The notes under the pieces: generated by a model | The model's database searches: none | Seen by the model: only the letters and a program-made list of their open reading frames with translations | Told to the model about the DNA's origin: nothing | In this document: in pieces, positions 45,404-59,566 of the stretch | How the letters are laid out: each line of letters opens with the position of its first letter | Position numbering within the stretch: position 1 is the first letter of the stretch | Assembly: GCA_902544065.1 (NCBI GenBank) | Contig: CACCAS010000001.1 | Location: 151,088-215,087 of the forward strand | Length of the DNA stretch: 64,000 bases | Origin: an uncultured Pelagibacteraceae bacterium | GTDB taxonomy: Bacteria > Pseudomonadota > Alphaproteobacteria > Pelagibacterales > AG-422-B15 | Reading direction: 5' to 3' | Program-made: the position numbers and the translations under genes

Positions 45404-48400
45404 ATGAGTCAGTCTTTAATGAATATTTTCAATCCTGCCGCGTCAAGAGATGACTTTAATCAGGTCAAGATTTCTATTGCAAGTCCTGAGAGGATATTGT
45501 CATGGTCATATGGGGAAATAAAAAAGCCCGAAACAATAAATTATCGAACATTTAAGCCTGAACGGGATGGACTCTTTTGCGCAAGGATATTTGGTCCAAT
45601 AAAAGATTATGAATGTTTATGTGGCAAATATAAAAGAATGAAATTCAAGGGTATTATTTGTGAAAAATGTGGTGTTGAAGTTACTAAAAAAGACGTAAGA
45701 AGAGAAAGAATGGGCCATATTCAATTGGCTGCTCCCGTTGCACATATTTGGTTCTTAAAATCACTACCAAGTCGCATCGCACTTATGATGGACATGAAAT
45801 TAAAAGACCTTGAAAAAGTTCTTTACTTTGAAAAATTTATGGTTACTGAACCAGGTTTAACCCCATTAATTCAAAACCAACTCTTAGATGAAGAAGAATT
45901 AGAAAATGCAAAAGAGGAACATGGTGTTGATTCCTTTTCTGCCAGTATTGGAGCTGAAGCAGTTAGAAAAGTATTAGAGAGAATTGAACTTGAACCAGAA
46001 CTTGATTTACTTAGATCAAAGTTAGCCGAAACTAAGGCAGTAGCTTTATCCGAAAAACTAGTTAAAAGAATTAAAATATTTGAAGCTTTCATATCCTCAG
46101 GAAATAGACCCGAGTGGATGATCTTAACTTCGGTACCTGTAATACCTCCGGAACTTAGACCTCTTGTTCCTCTGGATGGAGGAAGGTTTGCATCGTCAGA
46201 TTTGAATGATTTATACAGAAGGGTTATTAATAGAAATAATAGACTATCCAGACTTATTGAATTAAGGGCTCCAGATATCATCATTAGAAATGAGAAGAGA
46301 ATGCTGCAGGAGTCTGTAGATGCGTTATTTGATAATGGTAGAAGGGGAAGAGTAATTACTGGAACGAATAAACGGCCTTTGAAATCACTCGCAGAAATGC
46401 TTAAGGGAAAACAAGGTCGATTTAGACAGAATCTTCTTGGGAAAAGAGTTGATTACTCAGGCAGATCAGTAATTGTGGTGGGCCCAGAATTAAAATTGCA
46501 TCAATGTGGTTTACCAAAAAAGATGGCAATCGAACTATTTAAACCATTTATTTATGCTCGTTTAGAGTCACTGGGACTTGCAACCACATTGAAACAAGCG
46601 AAAAAAATGGTTGAAAAAGAAAGACCTGAAGTATGGGATGTACTAGATAGAGTGATAAGGGAGCATCCAATTATTTTAAATAGAGCCCCAACTCTCCATA
46701 GATTGGGCGTACAGGCTTTTGAGCCAACTTTAATAGAGGGTAAGGCAATACAACTACACCCTCTAGTTTGCACCGCTTTTAATGCAGACTTTGATGGAGA
46801 CCAAATGGCTGTTCACGTGCCTCTTAGCTTAGAGGCACAATTAGAGGCCAGGGTACTAATGATGTCGACAAATAATATTCTAAATCCGGCCAATGGTAAG
46901 CCAGTTATTGTTCCAAGTCAGGATATAGTTTTAGGTATATATTTTTTGTCACAAGAAAAAGATAATGAGCCGGGACAGGGTGCAGTATATAAAGATATTT
47001 TTGAAGTTCAGCAAGCTATTGAAAATGGAGTAACTACAGTTCATGCCAAAGTAGAAGCAAGAATACAATATGTTAATTTTGAAGGAGAAGCTGTTACCAA
47101 AAGAATTAGTACTACTCCAGGAAGAATGCTTTTATGGAACTTGATACCTCAACATAAAGATCTTGATCCAAAACTTGTAAATAGACTTCTTGGTAAAAAA
47201 GAGGTTTCTAATTTGATTGATACTGTTTACCGATACTGCGGGCAAAAAGATACAGTTATTTTTGCAGATCAGCTAATGGCACTTGGTTTCCATTATGCTT
47301 ACAAGGCTGGTATTTCTTTTGGTAAAGATGATATGATTATTCCAGAAACTAAAGAAAAAATGGTTTTGGAAACTTCATCTCAAATAGAAAAATACGAAAA
47401 GCAATATAATGATGGTTTAATTACTAATAGAGAAAAATACAATAAAGTAATTGATGCTTGGGCAAAATGTACTGATAGAGTTGCACAAGAAATGATGAAC
47501 GAAATTTCCTCTATAAAGGTGGATGAAATAACTAAAAGAGAACTTCCTATAAATTCTATCTACATGATGGCAAATTCGGGAGCCAGAGGTTCAGCAGCCC
47601 AAATGAAACAGCTATCAGGAATGCGAGGCCTTATGGCTAAACCATCTGGAGATATAATTGAAACACCAATTATTTCTAATTTTAAAGAGGGCCTAAATGT
47701 ACTTGAATATTTTAATTCTACTCATGGAGCAAGAAAAGGACTTGCAGATACAGCATTGAAGACTGCTAATTCAGGTTATTTGACCAGGAGGTTATGCGAT
47801 GTTGCACAAGATTGTACTATCTCTGAGCATGATTGTGGCACAGATAACGGAGTATGGATATCTGATGTAGTTGAAGGCGGGGAGGTAATAATATCAATTG
47901 CGGATCGACTACTGGGTAGATTTTTGCAAAAGGACATAATTCATCCAGTAACTAATGAGATTGTTGCAAAAAAGGATGATTATATGGATGAAGTACTATC
48001 TGAAAAGGTTGAAACAGCTGGTATACAGAATGCTTATATTAGATCTCCACTAACCTGTGATAGTAAAAAAGGTATATGTGTAAAATGTTACGGACGTGAT
48101 CTTGCCAGAGGGTTTATGGTTAACGAAGGTGAGGCTGTAGGGATGATTGCCGCTCAGTCAATAGGTGAGCCTGGAACACAATTAACAATGAGAACGTTTC
48201 ATATAGGAGGAGCAGCTCAAATAAATGATCAATCATTTATTGAAGTAAATACAAATGGTGTTTTCAAAATTTTGAATAAAAACACAGTAGAAGATAGTAA
48301 TCAGAATCTAATCGTAATGGGAAGAAACTGTCAACTGGCTATTCATGATGAAAATAACAGAGAGCTTGCAAACTATAAAGTTCCATACGGAACAAAAATA

Positions 48401-49594
48401 CTGGTAGAGGAAGATACTGCAGTGTCCTCAGGAACAAAAATTTGCGAGTGGGATCCGTTTACAAACCCTGTTATATCTGAAAAATCTGGTATTGCTAATT
48501 ATGTTGATATGGAGGAAGGAATTTCCTTAATAGAAGAAACAGAGGAGAAAACTGGATTAACATATACCAAAGTTAAAGACTGGAAGTTAGATTCTAAAGG
48601 CTCTGATCTGAAGCCAAGAATTACTCTTAGAGATAAAAATGGTGAAGTAATACTTTTAGCTAATGGCAATGAAGCTAGATATTTTCTTCCACCTGACTCT
48701 ATTTTATCAGTGGCTGATGGTTCGGAGGTGCATGCAGGTGATGTATTAGCAAGAACTCCAAAAGCCGCATCTAAAACAAAAGATATTACTGGTGGCCTGC
48801 CCAGAGTTGCTGAACTGTTTGAAGCAAGAAAGCCTAAAGACCATGCTATTATTTCTGAGCTATCAGGTGTTATTTCTTTTGGAAAAGATATAAGAGGTAA
48901 GCAAAAGGTAATAATTACCCCAAAGGATGGTGAAAATGATCCTGTGGAGGTACTAATTCCGAAAGGTAAACATATTGCTTATCAGGAAGGAGAAAGTATC
49001 GAAAAAGGTGATTACTTACTTGATGGAAATCCTGATCCGCATGATATCCTGGAAATTCTTGGAATCGAAGCATTAGCCGATTATCTTATAAACGAGGTTC
49101 AAGAGGTATATAGACTTCAAGGAGTTTTAATTAATGATAAGCATATTGAGGTTTTATGCAGACAGATGCTTCAAAAAATAAGTATTACTGATGCTGGGGA
49201 CAGTTCATTCATTAAAGGTGAAGAGATTGATAGATATGAATTTTTACTTACAAATGAGCAACTTACTGCTGAAGGTAAAAAACCTGCTATTGGTAAGCCA
49301 GTTCTACTGGGTATAACAAAGGCTTCTCTGCAAACTAGATCATTTATATCTGCAGCATCTTTCCAGGAAACAACACGTATACTTACTGATGCATCAATTA
49401 AAGGCAAAGTAGACAAATTGGAAGGTCTTAAAGAGAACGTCATTGTAGGCAGATTAATACCTGCTGGAACAGGAAGAATTTTTAATCAGATTGAAAATCA
49501 GGCAAAAAATCTTGATAAAGAGGCCAAAATTGAAATTGAAGCAATTCAGGCTGCCAAAGAGCAGGAAGCAAAGGAAATTCAAGAAAATTCCTAA
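45404..49594 (+). CDS. rpoC: DNA-directed RNA polymerase beta' subunit
   Basis: 1396 aa with the Zn motif [23 protein letters not shown] and the catalytic [12 protein letters not shown]. Confidence 0.98.
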   Translation: MSQSLMNIFNPAASRDDFNQVKISIASPERILSWSYGEIKKPETINYRTFKPERDGLFCARIFGPIKDYECLCGKYKRMKFKGIICEKCGVEVTKKDVRRERMGHIQLAAPVAHIWFLKSLPSRIALMMDMKLKDLEKVLYFEKFMVTEPGLTPLIQNQLLDEEELENAKEEHGVDSFSASIGAEAVRKVLERIELEPELDLLRSKLAETKAVALSEKLVKRIKIFEAFISSGNRPEWMILTSVPVIPPELRPLVPLDGGRFASSDLNDLYRRVINRNNRLSRLIELRAPDIIIRNEKRMLQESVDALFDNGRRGRVITGTNKRPLKSLAEMLKGKQGRFRQNLLGKRVDYSGRSVIVVGPELKLHQCGLPKKMAIELFKPFIYARLESLGLATTLKQAKKMVEKERPEVWDVLDRVIREHPIILNRAPTLHRLGVQAFEPTLIEGKAIQLHPLVCTAFNADFDGDQMAVHVPLSLEAQLEARVLMMSTNNILNPANGKPVIVPSQDIVLGIYFLSQEKDNEPGQGAVYKDIFEVQQAIENGVTTVHAKVEARIQYVNFEGEAVTKRISTTPGRMLLWNLIPQHKDLDPKLVNRLLGKKEVSNLIDTVYRYCGQKDTVIFADQLMALGFHYAYKAGISFGKDDMIIPETKEKMVLETSSQIEKYEKQYNDGLITNREKYNKVIDAWAKCTDRVAQEMMNEISSIKVDEITKRELPINSIYMMANSGARGSAAQMKQLSGMRGLMAKPSGDIIETPIISNFKEGLNVLEYFNSTHGARKGLADTALKTANSGYLTRRLCDVAQDCTISEHDCGTDNGVWISDVVEGGEVIISIADRLLGRFLQKDIIHPVTNEIVAKKDDYMDEVLSEKVETAGIQNAYIRSPLTCDSKKGICVKCYGRDLARGFMVNEGEAVGMIAAQSIGEPGTQLTMRTFHIGGAAQINDQSFIEVNTNGVFKILNKNTVEDSNQNLIVMGRNCQLAIHDENNRELANYKVPYGTKILVEEDTAVSSGTKICEWDPFTNPVISEKSGIANYVDMEEGISLIEETEEKTGLTYTKVKDWKLDSKGSDLKPRITLRDKNGEVILLANGNEARYFLPPDSILSVADGSEVHAGDVLARTPKAASKTKDITGGLPRVAELFEARKPKDHAIISELSGVISFGKDIRGKQKVIITPKDGENDPVEVLIPKGKHIAYQEGESIEKGDYLLDGNPDPHDILEILGIEALADYLINEVQEVYRLQGVLINDKHIEVLCRQMLQKISITDAGDSSFIKGEEIDRYEFLLTNEQLTAEGKKPAIGKPVLLGITKASLQTRSFISAASFQETTRILTDASIKGKVDKLEGLKENVIVGRLIPAGTGRIFNQIENQAKNLDKEAKIEIEAIQAAKEQEAKEIQENS

Positions 49595-49603
49595 CAATTT
49601 ATG

Positions 49604-49631
49604 TTGACCAAAGCAAACTATTAAGTATTAT
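49604..49631 (+). promoter_or_regulatory. Candidate sigma70-type promoter of the str operon
   Basis: TTGACC - 16 nt - TATTAT in the 139-nt rpoC-rpsL spacer. GGAGA lies 6 nt before the rpsL ATG. Confidence 0.35.
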
Positions 49632-49733
49632 TCGGCATTCTTAAATAGTAGGTGGTAGAGAAATCTAAACGCTACTTTTTTTAGACTTTTTTTAATAGTT
49701 AACTTTTTACTAGTTTTTAACTGGAGATACTCC

Positions 49734-50578
<845 letters not shown>

Positions 50579-50580
50579 TT

Positions 50581-52656
50581 ATGTCAAGAGAGTATCCATT
50601 AACTAAGTATAGAAATATTGGCATCATGGCTCACATAGATGCCGGAAAGACAACCACCACAGAGCGAATACTCTATTACACAGGAAAAAGTCACAAGATT
50701 GGAGAAGTACATGACGGTGCGGCCACAATGGACTGGATGGAGCAAGAACAAGAGCGTGGCATTACTATTACTTCCGCTGCAACTACTTGTTTTTGGAATG
50801 ACCATAGAATTAATATTATTGACACTCCTGGACACGTTGACTTTACCATCGAAGTTGAGCGTTCTTTAAGAGTACTCGATGGGGCAGTTGCGGTATTTGA
50901 TGGCGTTGCTGGCGTAGAGCCACAAACCGAAACTGTTTGGAGACAAGCAAATAGATACAAGGTACCAAGAATGTGTTTTGTTAATAAAATGGATCGTACT
51001 GGCGCTGACTTTTACAAGTGTTTGGACATGATTAAAGATAGACTTCAGGCAAATGCATTAGTTTTACAGATACCTTACGGAAGTGAGTCAAATTTAAAAG
51101 GCGTGATTGATCTGGTTAAGAATAAAGCAATCGTATGGGCAAATGAGGATCTTGGAGCTAAGTACGAATACGCTGATATTCCAGATGATTTAAAAGATAC
51201 TGCTGAAAAATATAGATCTGAAATGGTCGAAATGGCTGTCGAACAAGATGAAGAAGTCCTTGAAAAATATTTAGATGGAGAAGAACCAGCTGAAGATACG
51301 CTGATCAGGTGTATCAGAAAAGGAACAATTAATTTTGAGTTTGTTCCAATTTTAACTGGAAGTGCTTTCAAAAATAAAGGTGTTCAGCCTTTGTTAGATG
51401 CAATTGTAAATTTCATGCCTGACCCTAGCGAGGTTCAGCAGGCAACTGGTAACATTCCAGGCAAAGAAGAAGAGGAAGTAAGAAAAGCATCAGATGATGA
51501 ACCTTTCTCTGCATTGGCATTCAAGGTAGCCAACGACCCTTTTGTAGGTTCTCTTACATTCACTAGGATATATTCTGGTAAGTTAGAGGCTGGTTCAACA
51601 ATTTTAAATTCAGTTAAAGGTGATAAAGAAAGAATTGGCCGTATGCTTTTAATGCACGCTAACAATAGAGAAGACATAAAAATTGCTTACGCAGGCGACA
51701 TTGTTGCGATTGCTGGTTTAAAAGATACGATAACTGGTGAAACTTTATCAGATGCCCAAAAGCCAATTATTCTTGAATCTATGGACTTTCCGGATCCAGT
51801 TATTGAGATTGCAGTTGAGCCAAAGACAAAAGCTGATCAGGAAAAAATGGGCGAAGCACTGGCTAGATTAGCAAAAGAAGATCCATCATTTAGAGTTACC
51901 TCAGATGAAGAGTCTGGACAAACAGTAATAAAAGGAATGGGTGAACTTCATTTAGATATCATTGTGGATAGGATGAAGAGAGAGTTTAACGTTGAGGCTA
52001 ATGTAGGAGCCCCGCAGGTTGCCTACCGAGAAACCATTTCTAAAAATATGGAAGTAACATATACACACAAAAAACAAAGTGGTGGCGCAGGGCAATTTGC
52101 TGAGGTTAAGATTATTGTCGAAGGTTGTGAGCCGGGAACTGGAAGAATATTTGAAGATAAAATTAAAGGTGGAAATATTCCTAAGGAATACATTCCGGGT
52201 GTAGAGAAAGGTATAGAAGGAGTGGCTGATACTGGAGTTATAGCTGGCTTCCCAATAATTGACTATAAGGTAACTCTTATAGATGGAAAATATCATGATG
52301 TGGACTCAAGCAGCCTTGCATTTGAAATAGCTGGGCGAATGGCGTTTAAGGATGCCTGCCAAAAAGCCAATCCAAAGTTATTAGAACCAATAATGAGAGT
52401 TGAAGTTGTTACACCTGAAGAATTTATGGGAGATGTAATAGGGGACTTAAGTAGTCGAAGAGGTCAAGTAAGTGGAAGCGAAGCAAGAGGCAATACAACG
52501 GCTATTAGTTCAATGGTGCCTTTAGCTAATATGTTTGGCTATGTAAACACACTGCGATCTATGACACAGGGAAGAGCTCAATATTCAATGTTTTTTGATC
52601 ATTATGAGCAGGTTCCACAAAATGTACAAGATGAGGTAAAGGCGAAGTTCGCTTAA
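50581..52656 (+). CDS. fusA: Elongation factor G
   Basis: Start set to the ATG at 50581 ([28 protein letters not shown]), 3 nt after the rpsG stop. The ORF-track start at 50572 overlaps rpsG. Confidence 0.97.
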   Translation: MSREYPLTKYRNIGIMAHIDAGKTTTTERILYYTGKSHKIGEVHDGAATMDWMEQEQERGITITSAATTCFWNDHRINIIDTPGHVDFTIEVERSLRVLDGAVAVFDGVAGVEPQTETVWRQANRYKVPRMCFVNKMDRTGADFYKCLDMIKDRLQANALVLQIPYGSESNLKGVIDLVKNKAIVWANEDLGAKYEYADIPDDLKDTAEKYRSEMVEMAVEQDEEVLEKYLDGEEPAEDTLIRCIRKGTINFEFVPILTGSAFKNKGVQPLLDAIVNFMPDPSEVQQATGNIPGKEEEEVRKASDDEPFSALAFKVANDPFVGSLTFTRIYSGKLEAGSTILNSVKGDKERIGRMLLMHANNREDIKIAYAGDIVAIAGLKDTITGETLSDAQKPIILESMDFPDPVIEIAVEPKTKADQEKMGEALARLAKEDPSFRVTSDEESGQTVIKGMGELHLDIIVDRMKREFNVEANVGAPQVAYRETISKNMEVTYTHKKQSGGAGQFAEVKIIVEGCEPGTGRIFEDKIKGGNIPKEYIPGVEKGIEGVADTGVIAGFPIIDYKVTLIDGKYHDVDSSSLAFEIAGRMAFKDACQKANPKLLEPIMRVEVVTPEEFMGDVIGDLSSRRGQVSGSEARGNTTAISSMVPLANMFGYVNTLRSMTQGRAQYSMFFDHYEQVPQNVQDEVKAKFA

Positions 52657-52664
52657 ATAGAATA

Positions 52665-52973
52665 ATGGAAAATCAAAACATTAAAATCAGACTTAAAGCA
52701 TTTGACCATGGGGTTCTGGATAAGTCATCTGTTGAAATAGTGGATACAGCAAAACGAACTGGCGCAATGGTTAAGGGACCAATCCCACTTCCTACTAATA
52801 ATGAAAAATTCACTGTTTTAAGATCACCTCACGTAAATAAAAAAAGTAGAGAGCAATTTGAAATAAGAACGCATAAGCGCTTAATAGAAATCGTTGACCC
52901 TACCCCACAAACAGTAGATGCACTTATGAAATTGGATCTAGCATCGGGAGTTGATGTAGAAATCAAGTTATAG
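52665..52973 (+). CDS. rpsJ: 30S ribosomal protein S10
   Basis: 102 aa, [10 protein letters not shown] motif. It follows fusA directly, with no second tuf. Confidence 0.97.
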   Translation: MENQNIKIRLKAFDHGVLDKSSVEIVDTAKRTGAMVKGPIPLPTNNEKFTVLRSPHVNKKSREQFEIRTHKRLIEIVDPTPQTVDALMKLDLASGVDVEIKL

Positions 52974-52975
52974 AT

Positions 52976-53665
52976 ATGAGAACAGGAATCATCGCAAAAA
53001 AAATAGGAATGAGTAACTTGTATACACAAAGTGGTACGAATATTCCAGTGACTGTCTTGCATATTGATCAATGTCAGATCGTTGAAAGAGTTGACTCTAC
53101 AGATACAAATGCTGACAAAGTTTTAGTTGGAGCATGTAAATTAAAAAAGGCTAATAAGGCTCAAAAAGGATTTTTTGAAAAGAAAAAGAGTGAGGCTTTT
53201 AGGTATCTCAGAGAATTTTCAATAGATAAAGAAACTGAATTAAAGTCGGGAGACCAATTGCATGCAAGTCATTTTCAGGAAGGCCAATTTATCGATGTGT
53301 CTGGTTTTACAAAGGGTAAAGGATTTGCTGGAGTGATGAAAAGACATAACTTTTCAGGCTTGAGAGCTTCTCATGGAGTTTCTGTATCTCATAGAAGCGC
53401 TGGTTCAACAGGACAGTGTCAGGATCCCGGCAAGGTCTTTAAAGGAAAGAAAATGGCTGGACAGTATGGCGATGTTCATAAAACACTTCAAAATTTACAA
53501 GTAGTAAAAGTTGATGAAGCAAAAAACATTATCTGCGTAAAGGGAGCTACTCCTGGTGCGCGAGGAACATGGTTAGTGGTTGAAGACTCTATTAAGAGAA
53601 ATGATATTAAAGAAGTTGAAGGTACTTCTGTACAAGCAGAAAAATCAACTAAAAAGGATAAATAG
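52976..53665 (+). CDS. rplC: 50S ribosomal protein L3
   Basis: 229 aa, [13 protein letters not shown], conserved S10-operon order. Confidence 0.96.
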   Translation: MRTGIIAKKIGMSNLYTQSGTNIPVTVLHIDQCQIVERVDSTDTNADKVLVGACKLKKANKAQKGFFEKKKSEAFRYLREFSIDKETELKSGDQLHASHFQEGQFIDVSGFTKGKGFAGVMKRHNFSGLRASHGVSVSHRSAGSTGQCQDPGKVFKGKKMAGQYGDVHKTLQNLQVVKVDEAKNIICVKGATPGARGTWLVVEDSIKRNDIKEVEGTSVQAEKSTKKDK

Positions 53666-53667
53666 GA

Positions 53668-54288
53668 ATGCAAGTAGAGCTGAATAAAATGAATGGCAAG
53701 AGTACAGAATCTATGGAGCTTAATGAGGCCATCTTTAATTTAAAACCAGATTTTTCAGTTATTAGTTCTCTTGTAAGATGGAATGAGTCTAATAAAAAAC
53801 CTCTTCGCGCTAGGACCAAAAATCGTTCCGAAGTTGCAGGTACAACGCAGAAATTGGGTAGGCAAAAAGGTGGTGGTGGCGCAAGACATGGTTCTAAGAA
53901 GGCAAATATTTTTAGAAGTGGTGGTATGGCACATAATCTGCGGGGAGTAAGATCATTAAAGAAGCTTCCAAAACGCCTAAGAAACTTGGCTGTTAAGCAT
54001 ATATTGTCAGAAAAAGTAAAATGTAATGATCTAATTTTAATCGATGAACTCAAGATCGCTGAGCCAAAAACTAAGATCTTAAAGAGCTATTTGGATAAAC
54101 AAAAAATTAACTCTGCATTGTTTTTAGAAGGGGATACGCCTAACCAAAATTTGTCTCTCGCAGCAAGAAATCTAAAGGACATTAAGTACATGAGTGTTAA
54201 ATCTTTGAATGCTCTTGATTTTTTGAGACATCAGAAATTGATTATAAGTAAAGATGCATTAGCCCAACTAGAAAAGAATTATATATAA
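53668..54288 (+). CDS. rplD: 50S ribosomal protein L4
   Basis: 206 aa, QKGGGGARHGS motif, conserved order. Confidence 0.95.
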   Translation: MQVELNKMNGKSTESMELNEAIFNLKPDFSVISSLVRWNESNKKPLRARTKNRSEVAGTTQKLGRQKGGGGARHGSKKANIFRSGGMAHNLRGVRSLKKLPKRLRNLAVKHILSEKVKCNDLILIDELKIAEPKTKILKSYLDKQKINSALFLEGDTPNQNLSLAARNLKDIKYMSVKSLNALDFLRHQKLIISKDALAQLEKNYI

Positions 54289-54289
54289 A

Positions 54290-54583
54290 ATGCCTAGTAT
54301 TAAAGACTTTAAAACAATTATTAAGCCTATTATTACTGAGAAGTCTTCTTTGGGTGCAGAATTTAATCAAGTTACGTTTCAAGTTAATAAAACTAGCAAT
54401 AAGAAAGAAATAAAAACTGCAATAGAAAATATATTTAAAGTAAAAGTAAAAAAAGTGAACACTTCAATAGTAAAGGGTAAGCTAAAAGCATTTAGGGGTT
54501 CGCTTGGAAAACGCTCTGATTACAAGAAAGCTTTTGTAACTCTTGAAGAAGGTCAAACAATTGATTTGAATGCGGGAGTATAA
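54290..54583 (+). CDS. rplW: 50S ribosomal protein L23
   Basis: 97 aa, conserved order, L23 pattern (KPIITEKS, FKVKVKKVNT). Confidence 0.95.
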   Translation: MPSIKDFKTIIKPIITEKSSLGAEFNQVTFQVNKTSNKKEIKTAIENIFKVKVKKVNTSIVKGKLKAFRGSLGKRSDYKKAFVTLEEGQTIDLNAGV

Positions 54584-54589
54584 TAAAAA

Positions 54590-55432
54590 ATGCCTTTAAA
54601 AAAATTCAGACCAAATACTCCAGGAACACGCGGACTAACACTTGTTGATAAAAAAGGTTTATGGACGGGTAAGCCAGTCAAGTCTTTAACCGCTGGCCTT
54701 TCGAAAAAAGGTGGAAGAAATAATACAGGCAGAATTACAATGAGACGAAAAGGTGGTGGACACAAAGCAAAATATAGAATTATTGATTTTAAAAGAAATA
54801 ATACAGAAAGTGCAACTGTTGATAGAATTGAGCATGATCCAAATAGATCTTCTTACATTGCACTAATTACATACACTGACGGAACAAAAAGCTATATCTT
54901 GGCACCAAAGGATTTAAAAGCTGGTGACCAAGTTATATCCGGTGAAAAAAAAGAAATCAGAATTGGCAATTGCATGCCCATGTCTGATATCCCAGTTGGA
55001 ATAGATATACATAATATTGAGTTAAAAATTGGAAGTGGTGCACAATTGGCTAGATCTGCTGGTTCCTCTACACAGATTGTTGGCAAGTCTGACGGATACG
55101 TAGCCATTAAGCTGCCTTCTGGCGAGCAAAGAAAAGTAAGAGAGGAATGCAGAGCTACAATTGGTGTTCTGTCAAATATTGATAAGAAAAACCAAAAATT
55201 AGGAAAAGCTGGAAGAAAAAGATGGTTAGGCGTTAGACCATCAGTAAGAGGTGTGGCTATGAATCCAATTGATCACCCTCATGGCGGAGGAGAAGGTAAA
55301 ACATCTGGCGGTCGAGATCCTGTTACTCCATGGGGAAAACCAACTAAGGGAAAAAAGACAAGAAATAATAAAAGAACGGATAAATTTATTATTAAGAGAA
55401 AAACTGACAAAAAAGCTAGGATAGAGGTTTAA
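54590..55432 (+). CDS. rplB: 50S ribosomal protein L2
   Basis: 280 aa, [23 protein letters not shown]. Confidence 0.98.
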   Translation: MPLKKFRPNTPGTRGLTLVDKKGLWTGKPVKSLTAGLSKKGGRNNTGRITMRRKGGGHKAKYRIIDFKRNNTESATVDRIEHDPNRSSYIALITYTDGTKSYILAPKDLKAGDQVISGEKKEIRIGNCMPMSDIPVGIDIHNIELKIGSGAQLARSAGSSTQIVGKSDGYVAIKLPSGEQRKVREECRATIGVLSNIDKKNQKLGKAGRKRWLGVRPSVRGVAMNPIDHPHGGGEGKTSGGRDPVTPWGKPTKGKKTRNNKRTDKFIIKRKTDKKARIEV

Positions 55433-55434
55433 AA

Positions 55435-55707
55435 ATGACGAGATCTGTTTGGAAAGGACCATTTGTTGATAGTCATCTATTAAAGAAAGTTAAGGCAGCA
55501 GGAGACGGCGGCAAAGGTGGTGTTATTAAAACGTGGTCAAGAAGATCTACTATTTTGCCTGAGTTCGTAGGGGTAAACTTTGCTGTGCATAATGGTAAGA
55601 GGTTTATTCCAGTTAACATTACAGAGGATATGGTAGGCCATAAACTAGGAGAGTTTTCACCAACAAGAACTTTTAACAGTCATACTGGAGACAAAAAAAC
55701 TAAATAA
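55435..55707 (+). CDS. rpsS: 30S ribosomal protein S19
   Basis: 90 aa, [19 protein letters not shown]. Confidence 0.97.
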   Translation: MTRSVWKGPFVDSHLLKKVKAAGDGGKGGVIKTWSRRSTILPEFVGVNFAVHNGKRFIPVNITEDMVGHKLGEFSPTRTFNSHTGDKKTK

Positions 55708-55709
55708 TC

Positions 55710-56093
55710 ATGAAGCACTTAATAAGAAAAGATAATGAAGCTTATGCCATTTTAAGAAATTTGAGGGTTAGTCCTTCAAAAGCGAATATTGTTCTTGAAA
55801 TGATTAGAGGAAAAAAGGCTTCTGAGGCAATTAACCTTCTAAAATTTTCTTCCAGAGGTATTGCGAAAGATATTAGCAAGGTACTAAATAGTGCGGTAGC
55901 GAATGCTGAAAACAATCATCAGCTAGATATAGACATTTTACAGGTAACAGAGGCTTATTGTGGGAAGAGTATGGTTATGAAGCGATGGAGACCAAGAGCC
56001 AAAGGCAGACCAGGAAGAATAAATAAGCATCTAACTAATGTAACAATTAAAGTTGCGGAAGTACAAAATAAGAAATTGGAGAAAGAAGAATAG
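55710..56093 (+). CDS. rplV: 50S ribosomal protein L22
   Basis: 127 aa, conserved order, RWRPRAKGRPGRINK. Confidence 0.96.
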   Translation: MKHLIRKDNEAYAILRNLRVSPSKANIVLEMIRGKKASEAINLLKFSSRGIAKDISKVLNSAVANAENNHQLDIDILQVTEAYCGKSMVMKRWRPRAKGRPGRINKHLTNVTIKVAEVQNKKLEKEE

Positions 56094-56096
56094 AAT

Positions 56097-56768
56097 ATGG
56101 GACAGAAAGTTAATCCTATTGGCCTTAGATTAATCCTGAATAAGAAATGGCAATCTAAATGGTATGCCAACAAGAAGGAATTTGGTTCATTTTTACAAGA
56201 AGATCTTAAAATCAGATCCTATCTTGAAAAAAAACTGAAAAAATGTGCCGTAGCTAAAATTCAGATAGAAAGACCAGCAAAAAAGGCTCAAGTAACTATT
56301 TATTCAGCTCGACCAGGCTTAATTATTGGTAAAAAGGGTAGTGATATTGAAAAGCTTAAAAAGAAAATTTCAGAATTTACATCGGATGACGTTTCAATAA
56401 ATTTGGTCGAGATCAGAAAGCCAGAGGTTGAAGCTCAACTAATAGCTGATGCAATTGCAGAACAACTTGAGAGAAGGGTTTCATTTAGAAGAGCAATGAA
56501 AAGATCTGTTCAATCTGCAATGAGATTAGGAGCTGATGGCATAAGGGTAAATTGTGGAGGCCGTCTTGGTGGAACTGAAATCGCTAGAACAGAGTGGTAT
56601 AGAGAGGGAAGAGTTCCACTGCACACATTTAGGGCAAATGTTGATTATGCAATAGCAACTGCGCAAACTACATATGGCGCATGCGGCATCAAAGTATGGA
56701 TTTATAAAGGAGACATAGACGATAATGCTCCTCACGAAATGGAAAATAATCCAAATAAATTAGGATAA
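56097..56768 (+). CDS. rpsC: 30S ribosomal protein S3
   Basis: 223 aa, [14 protein letters not shown] domain. Confidence 0.97.
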   Translation: MGQKVNPIGLRLILNKKWQSKWYANKKEFGSFLQEDLKIRSYLEKKLKKCAVAKIQIERPAKKAQVTIYSARPGLIIGKKGSDIEKLKKKISEFTSDDVSINLVEIRKPEVEAQLIADAIAEQLERRVSFRRAMKRSVQSAMRLGADGIRVNCGGRLGGTEIARTEWYREGRVPLHTFRANVDYAIATAQTTYGACGIKVWIYKGDIDDNAPHEMENNPNKLG

Positions 56769-56771
56769 ATT

Positions 56772-57185
56772 ATGTTACAGCCAAAAAAAACAAAATTCAG
56801 AAAAGCTCACAAAGGTAGAATTAAAGGCGTTGCAACTTCTGCTACAAGTTTGAACTACGGAACTTATGGGCTAAAGGCCTTGGAAGCTGAGAGGATTACA
56901 GCAAGACAAATAGAAGCAGCAAGGGTTGCAATGACAAGGTTTATGAAAAGAGCGGGACGTGTTTGGGTTCGAATATTTCCAGATGTTCCAGTATCAAAAA
57001 AGCCAACAGAAGTAAGAATGGGTAAAGGAAAAGGTTCGCCAGAATTTTGGGCATGTCGGGTGAGGCCAGGAAAGATTTTATTTGAAGTTGACGGTGTATC
57101 ACAATCGATAGCAAAAGAAGCTTTTGGAAGAGCTTCCTCAAAGCTACCAATTAAGACCAAAGTAGTTGGACAACTCATAAAATAA
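56772..57185 (+). CDS. rplP: 50S ribosomal protein L16
   Basis: 137 aa, [16 protein letters not shown]. Confidence 0.97.
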   Translation: MLQPKKTKFRKAHKGRIKGVATSATSLNYGTYGLKALEAERITARQIEAARVAMTRFMKRAGRVWVRIFPDVPVSKKPTEVRMGKGKGSPEFWACRVRPGKILFEVDGVSQSIAKEAFGRASSKLPIKTKVVGQLIK

Positions 57186-57194
57186 AGGAAAAAG

Positions 57195-57386
57195 ATGAAA
57201 GTAGAAGAAATAAGAAAAAAAACAAATGATCAGCTTAAAACAGAGTTGAGCAACCTATATAAGGAGTCCTTTAACTTAAGATTCCAAAAGAGCTCTGGTC
57301 AGTTGGAAAATACCTCTCGTATATTTAAAGTTAGAAAGCTAATAGCAAGAATAAAAACAATAATGAATGAAAAATTAGGAAATTAA
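57195..57386 (+). CDS. rpmC: 50S ribosomal protein L29
   Basis: 63 aa, conserved order and L29 pattern. Confidence 0.93.
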   Translation: MKVEEIRKKTNDQLKTELSNLYKESFNLRFQKSSGQLENTSRIFKVRKLIARIKTIMNEKLGN

Positions 57387-57387
57387 T

Positions 57388-57615
57388 ATGCCAAAAAAAA
57401 TACTTCAAGGAACAGTAATCAGCAATAAACAAGATAAGACAATCACAGTGCTAGTTGAAAGAAAATTTAAGCATCCTTTTTTAAAGAAAGTTATTAGGCG
57501 CTCAAAAAAGTACAGTGCACACGATCCTGAAAATCAATTTAATAATGGTGATAAGGTAAAGATAATGGAGTCAAAACCAATTTCAAAACTTAAAAGATGG
57601 GTAGCGGTAAGTTAG
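57388..57615 (+). CDS. rpsQ: 30S ribosomal protein S17
   Basis: 75 aa, [18 protein letters not shown]. Confidence 0.95.
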   Translation: MPKKILQGTVISNKQDKTITVLVERKFKHPFLKKVIRRSKKYSAHDPENQFNNGDKVKIMESKPISKLKRWVAVS

Positions 57616-57984
57616 ATGATACAGGTTGAATCAAGACTGAGTGTAGCAGATAATTCAGGGGCAAAAGAGGTTCTCTGTGTAAAAGTATTAGGTGGATCTA
57701 AAAGAAGATTTGCATCAGTTGGCGATATAATAGTGGTAACAGTAAAAGATGCTATTCCAAAAGGAAAAGTAAAAAAAGGTACAGTACATAAAGCTGTGAT
57801 AGTAAGGACAAGAAAAGAATTAAAGAGAGTTGATGGCAGTACAATAAAATTTGACTCAAATGCAGCGGTTCTTATTAATACTCAGGGTGAACCAGTGGGT
57901 ACAAGAATATTTGGCCCAGTTTGCAGAGAACTAAGAATGAAGAAACAAATGAAAATTATTTCTCTTGCTCCGGAGGTTTTATAA
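57616..57984 (+). CDS. rplN: 50S ribosomal protein L14
   Basis: 122 aa, [17 protein letters not shown]. Confidence 0.98.
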   Translation: MIQVESRLSVADNSGAKEVLCVKVLGGSKRRFASVGDIIVVTVKDAIPKGKVKKGTVHKAVIVRTRKELKRVDGSTIKFDSNAAVLINTQGEPVGTRIFGPVCRELRMKKQMKIISLAPEVL

Positions 57985-58295
57985 TGTCTATTAGAATAAA
58001 AAAAGGGGACCAAGTAACTGTAAATACAGGAAAAGATAAAGGAAAAGAAGGTGAAGTCATTATGATATTAGGCGACAAAGCTATCGTAAAGGGTGTAAAC
58101 ATGTCAAAAAAACACCAGAAGCAAGACCAAAAAAATGAAGGAGGCATTATCAATAAAGAAATGCCATTAACTCTGTCAAACTTAATGCCGCTTGATAAGA
58201 AAACAAAAAAAGGAACACGGGTTGGCTATTCTTTTTTGAAAGATAATAAAAAGGTAAGAATAAATGTTAAAACAGGAGAGCAAATTGATGGATAA
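57984..58295 (+). CDS. rplX: 50S ribosomal protein L24
   Basis: Start set to the ATG at 57984 ([11 protein letters not shown]), overlapping the rplN stop as TAATG. The ORF-track start at 57921 lies inside rplN. Confidence 0.93.
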   Translation: MSIRIKKGDQVTVNTGKDKGKEGEVIMILGDKAIVKGVNMSKKHQKQDQKNEGGIINKEMPLTLSNLMPLDKKTKKGTRVGYSFLKDNKKVRINVKTGEQIDG

Positions 58296-58839
58296 TTATA
58301 CTCCAAGACTTAAAGAGCTCTATACCGAAACAATAGTACCGAAGTTAAAAGAAAAGCTATCTAGGCAAAACACTCTTTCATTGCCAAAATTGTCTAAAGT
58401 ATCTTTGAATATGGGATTAGGTGATGCTGTGAATGATAATAAAGTTATACAATCAGCATCTGACCAACTTGCAGTTATTTCTGGACAGTTGCCATTGGTT
58501 ACAAAAGCAAGAAAATCCATTGCTACATTTAAAATTAGAGATGGAATGCCACTAGGAGTAAAGGTAACTCTCAGAGGTCATAGAATGTACGAATTTATTG
58601 ACAGACTTGTGACTATTGCTTTACCAAGAATCAGAGATTTTAGAGGCTTAAATAAAAATAGCTTTGATGGTCAAGGCAATTATTCTTTTGGCATTAAGGA
58701 ATGCACAATATTCCCTGAAATTAATGTAGATAAAATTGATAAAACTCGTGGCTTAGATATTGCAATTTGTACAACGGCAAAGAATGATGATGAGGCATTA
58801 CTTCTTTTAAAATTTTTAAATTTTCCAATAATAGATTAG
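58288..58839 (+). CDS. rplE: 50S ribosomal protein L5
   Basis: Start set to the ATG at 58288 ([12 protein letters not shown]). The ORF-track start at 58264 extends into rplX. Confidence 0.93.
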   Translation: MDNYTPRLKELYTETIVPKLKEKLSRQNTLSLPKLSKVSLNMGLGDAVNDNKVIQSASDQLAVISGQLPLVTKARKSIATFKIRDGMPLGVKVTLRGHRMYEFIDRLVTIALPRIRDFRGLNKNSFDGQGNYSFGIKECTIFPEINVDKIDKTRGLDIAICTTAKNDDEALLLLKFLNFPIID

Positions 58840-58847
58840 GTAAAGAT

Positions 58848-59153
58848 ATGGCAAAAAAAAGCTCTATAGAAAAAAATAAACGCAGAATTCAAATGTCGGA
58901 AAAAGATCTAAATAAGAGATCTCAGTTAAAAGATCTTATTATGAACAAATCTACTCCGATTGATGAAAGATTTCAGGCCCAATTAAAGTTGTCCAAACTT
59001 CGAAGGAATGGAGCGAGAACAAGGGTTAGAAATAGATGTGAATTGACTGGAAGGCCTAGAGGTTATCACAAAAGAGTAAGACTATCTCGCATAGCTCTCA
59101 GAGATTTAGCATCAAAGGGTCAAATACCAGGAATGAATAAATCAAGTTGGTAG
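58848..59153 (+). CDS. rpsN: 30S ribosomal protein S14 (long form)
   Basis: 101 aa, RNRCELTGRPRGY, ends KSSW. Confidence 0.96.
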   Translation: MAKKSSIEKNKRRIQMSEKDLNKRSQLKDLIMNKSTPIDERFQAQLKLSKLRRNGARTRVRNRCELTGRPRGYHKRVRLSRIALRDLASKGQIPGMNKSSW

Positions 59154-59165
59154 AAAGGAAAATAT

Positions 59166-59564
59166 ATGTCATTACAAGATCCATTATCAGATTTATTTAG
59201 CAGAATAAGAAATGCACAAATGCGCAATAAGCCAATTGTTTCTTCTCCTGTTTCTAAGATGAGAGAAAGTATATTAGAGGTTTTAAAAAATGAGGGGTAT
59301 ATAAGAGGTTATGCTCGCACTAAACACACATCAGGAAAAGAGGAATTAGATATAGAATTGAAGTATGATGATAGAGGTCCGGTAATATCTGATATTACAA
59401 GAATTTCTAAACCGGGAAGAAGGGTTTATTCTGGGGCTGAGAGAATACCTTATGTTCATAATGGTCTGGGTATATCTATCATCTCTACATCAAAAGGTGT
59501 CATGACCGATACTGATGCGCGAGAGCAAAAAGTTGGCGGTGAAATAATCTGTAAGGTCTTTTAA
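59166..59564 (+). CDS. rpsH: 30S ribosomal protein S8
   Basis: 132 aa, [22 protein letters not shown]. Confidence 0.97.
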   Translation: MSLQDPLSDLFSRIRNAQMRNKPIVSSPVSKMRESILEVLKNEGYIRGYARTKHTSGKEELDIELKYDDRGPVISDITRISKPGRRVYSGAERIPYVHNGLGISIISTSKGVMTDTDAREQKVGGEIICKVF

Positions 59565-59566
59565 TT

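Noticed and set aside
49632..49700. Possible rpoC terminator (agtag...ctac followed by TTTTTTT)
   Set aside because: The stem is only about 5 bp with a 20-nt loop, and it lies downstream of the better-supported str promoter candidate. It is too weak to call.
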